IMG/VR virus record: IMGVR_UViG_3300024420_000237
Span: 1-64,000 of that record
Direction: 5' to 3' (one strand)
From: an uncultured virus (IMG/VR IMGVR_UViG_3300024420_000237)
Lineage: Duplodnaviria; Heunggongvirae; Uroviricota; Caudoviricetes
DNA: 64,000 bases
Part shown: piece after piece, positions 56,324 to 64,000 of the stretch
Layout: every line of letters starts with the position of its first letter
Position numbering within the stretch: the first letter of the stretch is position 1
Made by a program: the position numbers and the translations under genes
The notes under the pieces: model-generated
Seen by the model: only the letters and a program-made list of their open reading frames with translations
Database searches by the model: none
Told to the model about the DNA's origin: nothing

Positions 56324-57295
56324 TCATGCTAATTCCACATTTAATATACTTGTAGCTTTCATCATTTCAGATGTAATTTCTTCTCTTGTTTTACCTTGCA
56401 TATTTAATTTACCTAAACATACTCTTCCATTAGTAAATTCGGGTGCAGTAAAATCATAGTACTTCTCTAGGTTATTATTTTTAATCCAGTCATCAATACC
56501 TAACCACCCTGTTTGTGTTCCATCTAAAAAATTATGAAACTGAAATGAGAAACAGGTGTGTACTGTATTTTGCTGAGCCAGTCCTTTATTTTTTACTAAT
56601 GCAGTATCATTTGTTGACCTACATGCATCTAAATCTTTTCCAACTCTAAAATAGTCTAGCATTAAATCCCCATACCACGCTTCGCATGTAAACTTCTTAT
56701 AGTCTTCTGCATCTAGTGGTACTGTCAATTCAGAAGCCATAGCGCCGCGTCTAGGAGCTAGTCTGCATGTTCCAAAAAATTCATCCCAATCTTGGTATTT
56801 CCAATCTTCCATTGAGTGAACTAATTGGTTAATTTCTTCTAGGTATTTGTATATATCGCCGGCGGTGTAATCTTCCCTTTTAGTTATTACAGGATCATTA
56901 GACACATCTTCAAAATATAAATGTAATGCATTTAGTTTGTCTATTTCTATGTCTGTAGAATCTGTTTTTAATTTTAATGAAGGGTCCGCCGCTGGTATCC
57001 CTTCTATCTCTGCAATCTTTTTAACTACAAAATTCATACGCTTCTTCATAAGCATAAACTGTTCAGGAGACACTGATGGGTAAAAATTATAATTAATCTT
57101 TACACCATTTTCTTCAATTCTGTATGTCTCTTGCATCAACGATATAAACTTAGATGTGGTCGAACAGTTAGACATCAAATCCCATTCAAGCACAAACGTA
57201 TCATCAATATCCGGATCCGGAATACGTGCATTGTGTTCACCTCTTAACGGCAACTCTGCATAGTTTTTAGAAAATGTAATTCTAAGTTTTGTCAT
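56324..57295 (-). CDS. Hypothetical protein
   Basis: Operonic ORF; LNALH.YFE, INQLVH.ME and Y..VGK motifs; no family recognised. ATG 57295 preferred. Confidence 0.7.
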   Translation of the reverse strand: MTKLRITFSKNYAELPLRGEHNARIPDPDIDDTFVLEWDLMSNCSTTSKFISLMQETYRIEENGVKINYNFYPSVSPEQFMLMKKRMNFVVKKIAEIEGIPAADPSLKLKTDSTDIEIDKLNALHLYFEDVSNDPVITKREDYTAGDIYKYLEEINQLVHSMEDWKYQDWDEFFGTCRLAPRRGAMASELTVPLDAEDYKKFTCEAWYGDLMLDYFRVGKDLDACRSTNDTALVKNKGLAQQNTVHTCFSFQFHNFLDGTQTGWLGIDDWIKNNNLEKYYDFTAPEFTNGRVCLGKLNMQGKTREEITSEMMKATSILNVELA

Positions 57296-57296
57296 G

Positions 57297-58691
57297 TCAT
57301 TTTTCTTTCTTTTGTCTGGTCCACCAATCATATAGTTCGGGATCTGCTTTGTATATATCTTCTAGTCTGTGTTGTTCTTGTCTAATTCTATCAAGTTGTT
57401 CTTGATAATTTCTGCCATTAAAAAATTGTTCTTCATGGGTATCAGGCCATTGTTCTTCAAATGTTTCTCTATCCTTCATGCCCTTTAATGTATTTACTAA
57501 TGTTAATTGCTTGTGTGTTGCTTTTGGTTCTATGTACGCAAGTAACTCATCTAAATGTCTATGTAGTATATGCTTAGGCCATGCAAAAGGACTAAACACG
57601 ATATCAGCATGAAAGGCAAACATAATCTTTGTTTCTATTCTTACATCTAATTCCAAACTCAAATCAAATAAATCTTTGATACTAAACATACCCGGACCAG
57701 TAATAGTCAAGTCAAATAACATCTTGTCCTTACCACCTGGTGCCGCTAGTCCTTTCTTAAAGTTAGCTAACCACTCGTCCCATACAATACCTTTACGAAT
57801 GAACTCTACGATATCACCTGTACCATCGATACTTGCACACATTAACCAGTCTTTAAACTGAGGTAGATAATCAAACAACTCCATACCTTTAAATGTTGTA
57901 CGAGATAAATTAGAGTTATATCTTAAGTGGCAATTCTTTGCAGAACCATTAGCGACCATTTCTTTTAATGCCCACCAATGTATATCATACATAAGTGGCT
58001 CGCCGCCTACCCAATATATTTCTTCTACGATGCCATCACTAATTGCTTTCTTAAATTCTGGTTCAACGACTGTACGCTGAAACTTAACCATCTTTTGTTT
58101 TACTGTAGGTTGCATAAATGGTTGATGCTCAATCGACCACATGTCATGTTTTTTCTTTTCTGCTTCCCACGAACTTGATAACTGTTCACCACACATGCGA
58201 CATTTAAAGTTACACAAGTTAGAGTAACGATAGTCAAATGATATAGCAGGCATTGTTGTATGCCCGTCATCGTCTGTCTTATCAAATGCTTCTTGTATCT
58301 TGTCTCTGAATAGTACACCAGTAAACCATTTACGATAAGATGATAAACTTAGAATGTCATCATTGCAAACATCACATTGTGGAATACGTTCTCCTGCCAT
58401 TAGTTTCTTTCTAATGTCTTTCATATAAGGAGAGTTCCAGTGTTCTTCTAGTGATACTGGATTAAAATCATCAGCATCAGTTTTAGAATCAGTTACTTTA
58501 CCATAGCGTTCATCATTTGATGCATCGATGTATTGCTTTTGAAATGAATGTTCTTCACGTGACGCACAGCATAGTCTACGTTCACCTTGTGGAGATATGT
58601 ATGTATGCGACCATGGAGCCATGCAGAAAGTTTTGTTCTTACTTTCTTCTGCACAACTTCCGTCACTTTTCCAAATTGGTATAGTTTTCAT
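57297..58691 (-). CDS. Radical SAM protein with N-terminal Twitch/SPASM-like domain (subtype A)
   Basis: FCMAPW..LCC..CDVC; CNFKCRMC; GGEPL; SIDG. Confidence 0.93.
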   Translation of the reverse strand: MKTIPIWKSDGSCAEESKNKTFCMAPWSHTYISPQGERRLCCASREEHSFQKQYIDASNDERYGKVTDSKTDADDFNPVSLEEHWNSPYMKDIRKKLMAGERIPQCDVCNDDILSLSSYRKWFTGVLFRDKIQEAFDKTDDDGHTTMPAISFDYRYSNLCNFKCRMCGEQLSSSWEAEKKKHDMWSIEHQPFMQPTVKQKMVKFQRTVVEPEFKKAISDGIVEEIYWVGGEPLMYDIHWWALKEMVANGSAKNCHLRYNSNLSRTTFKGMELFDYLPQFKDWLMCASIDGTGDIVEFIRKGIVWDEWLANFKKGLAAPGGKDKMLFDLTITGPGMFSIKDLFDLSLELDVRIETKIMFAFHADIVFSPFAWPKHILHRHLDELLAYIEPKATHKQLTLVNTLKGMKDRETFEEQWPDTHEEQFFNGRNYQEQLDRIRQEQHRLEDIYKADPELYDWWTRQKKEK

Positions 58692-59890
58692 TCATTTACT
58701 CCGCAAAATATTGAACAGGCTTTCAATCTTTTATTTCTTATATCATAGTCATTGAAACTTTCAATCCAACTGGTTGAAAACATTTCACCATTTATAATAT
58801 TCTCAAGTGAATTATGTTTTAATGATATTTTATCTATGCCGTCTTTTTCTAAAAATTCTTTTATTGGTTGTGAGATATCGCCGCCGTCTCCGGGATAGAA
58901 TGCACCTATCCAACAGCATGGAACAACTATACCGTTGTGGTCTACGAACACACTGTTTGATTCAGATGCTTGGCAATTTATTTTTAATTCGCTAAGTTTT
59001 CTATCAGTGAGACTTAATTCATTCGGCTTGGTATAATTTTTAAAACTCCAATGTAATGTCTTTGTAGTACTCTCTACATTTTCTAATTGTTTTTTTATAT
59101 CTTCTACAAATCCTGTAGAAGTTTTTTTCTTACCTGATAACCAATTCTTACCTAAATTCTGTGTATCTCTTTTTGGGTCTCTGTTTGTTCCTTGTAAATC
59201 TTCATCTGGTGCCATAATAGTATATTCGAATTTGCCATCACTACGATATACATTCATTGCATTATCATCGCCATCATAAAATCCAAATGCTTTCTTTTGA
59301 TAAAAGCTAGTTATTCCTATCTTTTTTGATAGTTCTCTTGCTTCTTCTATTTGATGTTGATTATGTTTGAACACTAAAAAATCCCAAGACGAATCTGCAC
59401 CAGTTGAAACATATGCCTTCATTGAAGATATAATTTTATCCCAGTGAGTTCCTCGTCTATATATCCAATTTGTATCTTCTAATCCATCGACACTAAAAGT
59501 AACTTGTCCCCTACCTTTAAATAGTTCACCTAGTTCACGCCAGAAGTTATCGTCTCTGCCACTGCCATTTGTGTTCATAGTAAATTTGATATCTGGATTA
59601 ACTGATATGATATACTTGACTATATCTATAAGTTCTGGATTAGTCATAGCATCGCCAAAGTTTCCGCACATTCCGATTATCTTTACTTGCTTAAGTAAAT
59701 CAATTGGAAACCAATCTTTTATATTTTGCAGTGTTAAATATGTTTCTACAAATGTTGGGTTCTTTTCGCCACCTTGTTCTCTACGACTACACATAATACA
59801 TCTAGCGTTACACAAACTGCTTACTTCTAGTTGAAGGTCATATATTGTATTGTAACTAATCAAAGGAATACACTCCAGTCTGTTTATCAT
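58688..59890 (-). CDS. Radical SAM protein (subtype B)
   Basis: LEVSSLCNARCIMC, GNFGDA, FSVDGLEDTNWIYR, PCCW, CSIFCG; start may be TTG 59863. Confidence 0.92.
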   Translation of the reverse strand: MINRLECIPLISYNTIYDLQLEVSSLCNARCIMCSRREQGGEKNPTFVETYLTLQNIKDWFPIDLLKQVKIIGMCGNFGDAMTNPELIDIVKYIISVNPDIKFTMNTNGSGRDDNFWRELGELFKGRGQVTFSVDGLEDTNWIYRRGTHWDKIISSMKAYVSTGADSSWDFLVFKHNQHQIEEARELSKKIGITSFYQKKAFGFYDGDDNAMNVYRSDGKFEYTIMAPDEDLQGTNRDPKRDTQNLGKNWLSGKKKTSTGFVEDIKKQLENVESTTKTLHWSFKNYTKPNELSLTDRKLSELKINCQASESNSVFVDHNGIVVPCCWIGAFYPGDGGDISQPIKEFLEKDGIDKISLKHNSLENIINGEMFSTSWIESFNDYDIRNKRLKACSIFCGVNE

Positions 59891-60599
59891 ACTGACACTT
59901 CCATATTCTCGATTCCTTGATACTTCTCTCTACTTCTTCGTAATTAGTGATGATATGTTTTTTATCTTCTTTACTGAGTTGCTTAATCAACCCATGTGGG
60001 TCATTATCAAGGTCGATGATATTTTCTAAATCTTCATATGGATAAAAATGACAATCGTACTTGTCCATCATTTCTATTACAGACCGAGAATACACTTGGT
60101 ATGCTAAATCATATGAATCAATACATGCCGATATTTGTTCGGGTGTAAAAGTTATTTTATCGTATTTTGCTTTTTTACGTTTACCTATAACCCAGTTGCC
60201 TGTTTCTTCTGCAATAAGGAAGCTACATATTGTATCTATTATATCATGTCTGAATGTGAAATGTAAATCAGTAACCCCTAGGCTTTTAAAGAAATGATGT
60301 ACTTTATCAAAATTAAAATACCATATAACTTCTGGATTTACTTTTTCGTTTAACTTGGTCATAGAATCGATATGTCCACACATAATGTTCCATTTCATAC
60401 ACCATTCTATTCCTGGATATTTGTTATTGATTTCTGAAATCATATCAAAATACCAGTCATATTCACAATCATGAATTTCAGTTGACGGCAATCCGTGTGC
60501 ATTAAAGTCAAATGCAGGAGTGCATAAGTTAGCCGCTACATGATTGCCAACTACCGTACTTCCACTTCTTGCATTGAACATTATCATATGCCGTTTCAT
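59856..60599 (-). CDS. Sulfotransferase-like protein (Stf0-like)
   Basis: NARSGST PAPS-loop-like, R.D......S..IA..T..W, YEDL, I.NY.EV. Confidence 0.6.
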   Translation of the reverse strand: MKRHMIMFNARSGSTVVGNHVAANLCTPAFDFNAHGLPSTEIHDCEYDWYFDMISEINNKYPGIEWCMKWNIMCGHIDSMTKLNEKVNPEVIWYFNFDKVHHFFKSLGVTDLHFTFRHDIIDTICSFLIAEETGNWVIGKRKKAKYDKITFTPEQISACIDSYDLAYQVYSRSVIEMMDKYDCHFYPYEDLENIIDLDNDPHGLIKQLSKEDKKHIITNYEEVERSIKESRIWKCQYDKQTGVYSFD

Positions 60600-62143
60600 T
60601 CAACTTTGACTCCTCCTAGTGCATCATTTTCAGTGTCCCAACCACCAACTTTTTCGTGAGCATCGTCACCTCCTTCATAGTCTTTTGTAGTGGCTGGGTC
60701 ACCTGCTCTGTCGCTATTTTTAAATACTAATTCTTTATTCAAAATCTGTTCTCTACTTGGTGCTTCTGCTTCTAAAGTTTCGTACCAATCTGCAATAGGT
60801 CCTTTGAATGTTTCCCTGAAATTATGTCCTCTTCGCACATCAAACTGAGAAAAGAATGCTTTAAAATCATTATATAGCTTCGGAGTTTCTGCTGTATTCT
60901 TATGTGGTGTTTTAACAATATCAAGATAGTCAATCAATCTTTGTATACTTGCTTTTTCACCTTCTGATAATTTTTCTTGTGGTCTTTCTGTGTTGAACCA
61001 TGCTTCTAGTTTGTCTTTATAAAATGTCTTTACATCCTCAGGAAGTATTGCCGCACTTTGAAAAGAAGGGAAACGCAAAATGTTTAGCGTCATAGTAGGA
61101 GCACGTTGTCCATATTCTTCACGTAGGTCTAACATTTCATCCATAAAATTTGTGATAGTAACAAGACACAGTGAATTAATAGTCATCATCATATGTAGTT
61201 TTGCTACGTTTGATTCTTTTAATACACGATGTATATTATTCTTCCATAAGTCATAATCTAATCCATCACGTATATATTCTGCTTGGTCTTTGGTTGCTTC
61301 CATTGAAGTGTATATCTCAAAGTTGGGGACATGCCAAGACTTTTCAATTAATCTGTCTAATACTTTTGGTTTCTCCGGAGACAAGTTAGAGTTGATAGCA
61401 AAACGCATATTACGTCCTCTATCTGGATTCTGTTCAAACCAATCAAACAATTTCCATGTACCTCTATGCATGATGGGTTCACCACCAGTGATACGAATTT
61501 CTTCTAAACAATCTGCTAAGTCACTCTCCCACCATTTATGAAATGCTTGTATGTATGGGTTGTCTTCTTCTTTCTTTGTCTTGGGAGCCGCCCAAGGTGC
61601 AGTATCAACAAAGTGTCCTCTGCCATCAGATTGTATATTTTGATATCCACCATATGTATTGATATCTTTAACCCATGCGGTACTGAAAGCAGGATTACAA
61701 TATGAACATTTTAGATTACATGCTCTATCAAATGAGATTTCAAGTGTACGCAAGTTTACGTTATCATCCCATGGCATTTCCATACTCTTGTCAATATCTT
61801 CGTCTTTAAAGATTTCAGTTTTGAATACACGGTCAGATATATGATCCTTGCCCATGTCTTCAACTTTCCAACAGTATTCACATTCAGCAGGTCTTTTGCC
61901 TTCTTGCATATGTTTACGCATAAGTTTCTTATGCTTTGTATTATGAATTGCTGAAGGATTATCTTTAATTTCTTCAAGTGGGATCCAATGCCCTGGTGGG
62001 TGATGACAACTTGCAGTCTGCCCATGTCCTAACCAGATAGTAGCGTTATACCATTTAGAAGCACAGTAGCTTTCGCTCTTGCTATCAATCATACGCTCTT
62101 TGTATTGATGAAGGGTTTCTCCCTCCCAATGTTTACGACCCAT
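60596..62143 (-). CDS. Radical SAM protein with N-terminal auxiliary domain (subtype A')
   Basis: C.SKW..SCHHPPGH..CEYCW; CNLKCSYC; TGGEP. ATG 62143 preferred. Confidence 0.93.
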   Translation of the reverse strand: MGRKHWEGETLHQYKERMIDSKSESYCASKWYNATIWLGHGQTASCHHPPGHWIPLEEIKDNPSAIHNTKHKKLMRKHMQEGKRPAECEYCWKVEDMGKDHISDRVFKTEIFKDEDIDKSMEMPWDDNVNLRTLEISFDRACNLKCSYCNPAFSTAWVKDINTYGGYQNIQSDGRGHFVDTAPWAAPKTKKEEDNPYIQAFHKWWESDLADCLEEIRITGGEPIMHRGTWKLFDWFEQNPDRGRNMRFAINSNLSPEKPKVLDRLIEKSWHVPNFEIYTSMEATKDQAEYIRDGLDYDLWKNNIHRVLKESNVAKLHMMMTINSLCLVTITNFMDEMLDLREEYGQRAPTMTLNILRFPSFQSAAILPEDVKTFYKDKLEAWFNTERPQEKLSEGEKASIQRLIDYLDIVKTPHKNTAETPKLYNDFKAFFSQFDVRRGHNFRETFKGPIADWYETLEAEAPSREQILNKELVFKNSDRAGDPATTKDYEGGDDAHEKVGGWDTENDALGGVKVE

Positions 62144-63701
62144 ATTTTTCCTCGGCTTCTTCTTTTGCTTCATTCCAAAACGCTGTCATTTCTGGAAAGG
62201 TTTCTAAAAAGTTTAATCCTCTACGTCTGTCATACTCTGTAAAGTATTCATAAAAACGAATTAAGTTATTACTTAATTCATCATCACTCATATTTAGTCC
62301 TTCTTTGGCCCATGCTAAATCTCGTTCAAGTTTTAATACTTCATAGTTCTTAAAGCCTGTATACTTGCGACCATATAAATCATTCGGTAGTACATTTTCT
62401 TTCATAAAGTCAATGTTAGATTGAATTACATCCAGCATTTCTTGGTCTGCTAATTGAATAGTCATCCAATCAGGATAACGCAGATAGGGAATGTCAAACC
62501 ATACACGCTGGCGTTTTTTACGTACAAACTCTGGGTGCTTAAACCCATCATGGTCTGGTGGTTGAATAATTTTATCTTCTTGGTTCTCATATCCAAATTC
62601 TTCACGTAAATCTAATATCATTTGCAAAAACCCACGTAAATTTGGGATGCTCAATAATTGAAATGTATTGATGAATGAAATTTCTGTTCCATCTGTTTCA
62701 CTTAAGACTCTACGACAATTTTGATATAGTGTATCAAAGTCTAATCCGTCACGCATATATTCTGCTTGAGGTCCTACACCATCTACGCTCACATATAAAC
62801 TAAAGTGTTTACATGCTGGTGCAACATACCAGTGATTGCCACTATCAGGATTAAAACGTTCTGGGTCTTCCCATACACGAATTTTTTCTAATGCTTGTAT
62901 TTTTTCAATAAACTTATCCATCAACTTAGGACTTGGTGGACACATATTCGATGTAATACTTAGGTCAAGAAAAGGATTAGGGTTTTCATTAACATAGTCA
63001 AATACTTTGAATGTATTATTATCCATAAGAGGCTCTCCGCCTGTCATACGAAATACTTTCAAATCTCTGTATATCTGTGGAAACCATTCCCAAAATGCTT
63101 CAATATAAGGATTGTCCTTACGTGCTACTTCTAATGGCATGAGACCTGTTTTACGCAGGTAATCGATATCATTATGACCAGTTCCATTTGAAAAACGAAA
63201 GCCGCCATGTTCTTTGATATCATCTTCCCATGCTGTACTTAGATGAGGCGAACAATAACTACACTTGAAATTACAAGCCTGATTAAAGTTCACCTCAACA
63301 TATCTAGGAGTAATGTTGTGGTCAAAGTCATTGTTTACGACTTCGTCCCATGCATCTTTAACCCACCACTCACTTGAACGATAATGTCTGTCACTAAGTC
63401 TTCCGCCTTGTGGGGCGTCAGGAGCATCTTCTACATTCCAGCAATACTGACAACCTTCAGGACGGGTGCCGCATTTCATTTGCTTTCTTTCTTCTAATTT
63501 GAATGTAGTGTTGTGTAATGCATTAACATCTTTCTTAAGTTCTTCTAACGGAATAGGGTGTGTAGGTGGATGATAGCAACTGTGTGTGCGACCTTGGGGC
63601 AGATGCAAACTAACTTGCAACCACTTAGCCATACACATAGACGGTGAAAGAGAATTTAATTTTTCTTTCGTTATCTGTGCATCATCATCATAATTTGACA
63701 T
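62133..63701 (-). CDS. Radical SAM protein with N-terminal auxiliary domain (subtype A')
   Basis: CMAKW..SCYHPPTH..CQYCW; CNFKCSYC; TGGEP; SVDG. Confidence 0.93.
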   Translation of the reverse strand: MSNYDDDAQITKEKLNSLSPSMCMAKWLQVSLHLPQGRTHSCYHPPTHPIPLEELKKDVNALHNTTFKLEERKQMKCGTRPEGCQYCWNVEDAPDAPQGGRLSDRHYRSSEWWVKDAWDEVVNNDFDHNITPRYVEVNFNQACNFKCSYCSPHLSTAWEDDIKEHGGFRFSNGTGHNDIDYLRKTGLMPLEVARKDNPYIEAFWEWFPQIYRDLKVFRMTGGEPLMDNNTFKVFDYVNENPNPFLDLSITSNMCPPSPKLMDKFIEKIQALEKIRVWEDPERFNPDSGNHWYVAPACKHFSLYVSVDGVGPQAEYMRDGLDFDTLYQNCRRVLSETDGTEISFINTFQLLSIPNLRGFLQMILDLREEFGYENQEDKIIQPPDHDGFKHPEFVRKKRQRVWFDIPYLRYPDWMTIQLADQEMLDVIQSNIDFMKENVLPNDLYGRKYTGFKNYEVLKLERDLAWAKEGLNMSDDELSNNLIRFYEYFTEYDRRRGLNFLETFPEMTAFWNEAKEEAEEKYGS

Positions 63702-63707
63702 TATATA

Positions 63708-63998
63708 TTATTTGTCCCAGCCAGTTTGTTTTTCTGTTGCTAATGGGTTGTTAACTCTTGGTGGATTCGTATATACACGTTTGAAGAATGTTGCTACCTC
63801 TGGTGTTGGATCACAAAGTTCCATACCAATTTTATCTACTAGAATATCACCTATTACTAAGCATTCATCAAATAATTTTTCATAGTCCCATTCTAATTTT
63901 GTCTTTTCGCATTTCATATCTCCGCCTTCAAACTTAGGGAATACAGTATTATCAAAGTACTCTTTAAACCAATCATAACTAGAAATATTTTCTAAAAC
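63708..63998 (-). CDS. C-terminus of a gene truncated by window end (possibly GT-like family)
   Basis: Frame is open to the edge: VLENISSYDWFKEYF...; ISSYDWF resembles INDYDWL at the end of the 1522-aa protein. Confidence 0.65.
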   Translation of the reverse strand, partial: VLENISSYDWFKEYFDNTVFPKFEGGDMKCEKTKLEWDYEKLFDECLVIGDILVDKIGMELCDPTPEVATFFKRVYTNPPRVNNPLATEKQTGWDK

Positions 63999-64000
63999 AA

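Noticed and set aside
1347..62025. Numerous 60-160 aa ORFs antisense to or nested within long genes (e.g. 8293..8682, 46937..47428, 52853..53266)
   Set aside because: They are shadows of well-supported genes, with no motifs or translation signals.
1..64000. Alternative genetic code or tRNA genes, as found in some large phages
   Set aside because: Genes are full length under the standard code and end in TAA, TAG and TGA. No cloverleaf with a T-loop consensus was spotted by eye; a tRNAscan run would be needed to be certain.

Overview
AT-rich, gene-dense 64 kb segment that reads as part of a large (jumbo-type) tailed-phage genome. No structural, rRNA, tRNA or CRISPR features are visible, so the phage call is an inference from gene content and promoter architecture. 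Layout: (1) 1-6.7 kb, plus strand: partial FabF-type ketosynthase, VWA/metallopeptidase protein, HNH nuclease, an AT-hook protein, DHFR, an endonuclease VII-type nuclease and ThyA. (2) 6.7-29.4 kb, minus strand: a tailoring-enzyme block with 7 radical SAM enzymes, 3 Fe(II)/2OG-type oxygenases, a PLP enzyme, methyltransferase-like proteins, a 1522-aa tandem glycosyltransferase-like repeat protein, a carbamoyltransferase and an SGNH protein. (3) 29.4-30.6 kb: a radical SAM + acyl carrier protein pair. (4) 30.6-43.7 kb: an early-type island of small ORFs driven by a repeated TTGACA promoter that usually carries a CGAATCR (GANTC) site in its spacer, with structured non-coding segments. (5) 43.7-64 kb: nucleotide-sugar, sulfotransferase-like and SGNH genes plus 7 more radical SAM enzymes. 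The standout observations are a 15-member radical SAM expansion embedded in a glycan/acyl tailoring super-cluster, and promoters that look built for alphaproteobacterial CcrM/GcrA methylation-dependent activation. All family assignments come from motif recognition by eye, not database searches.
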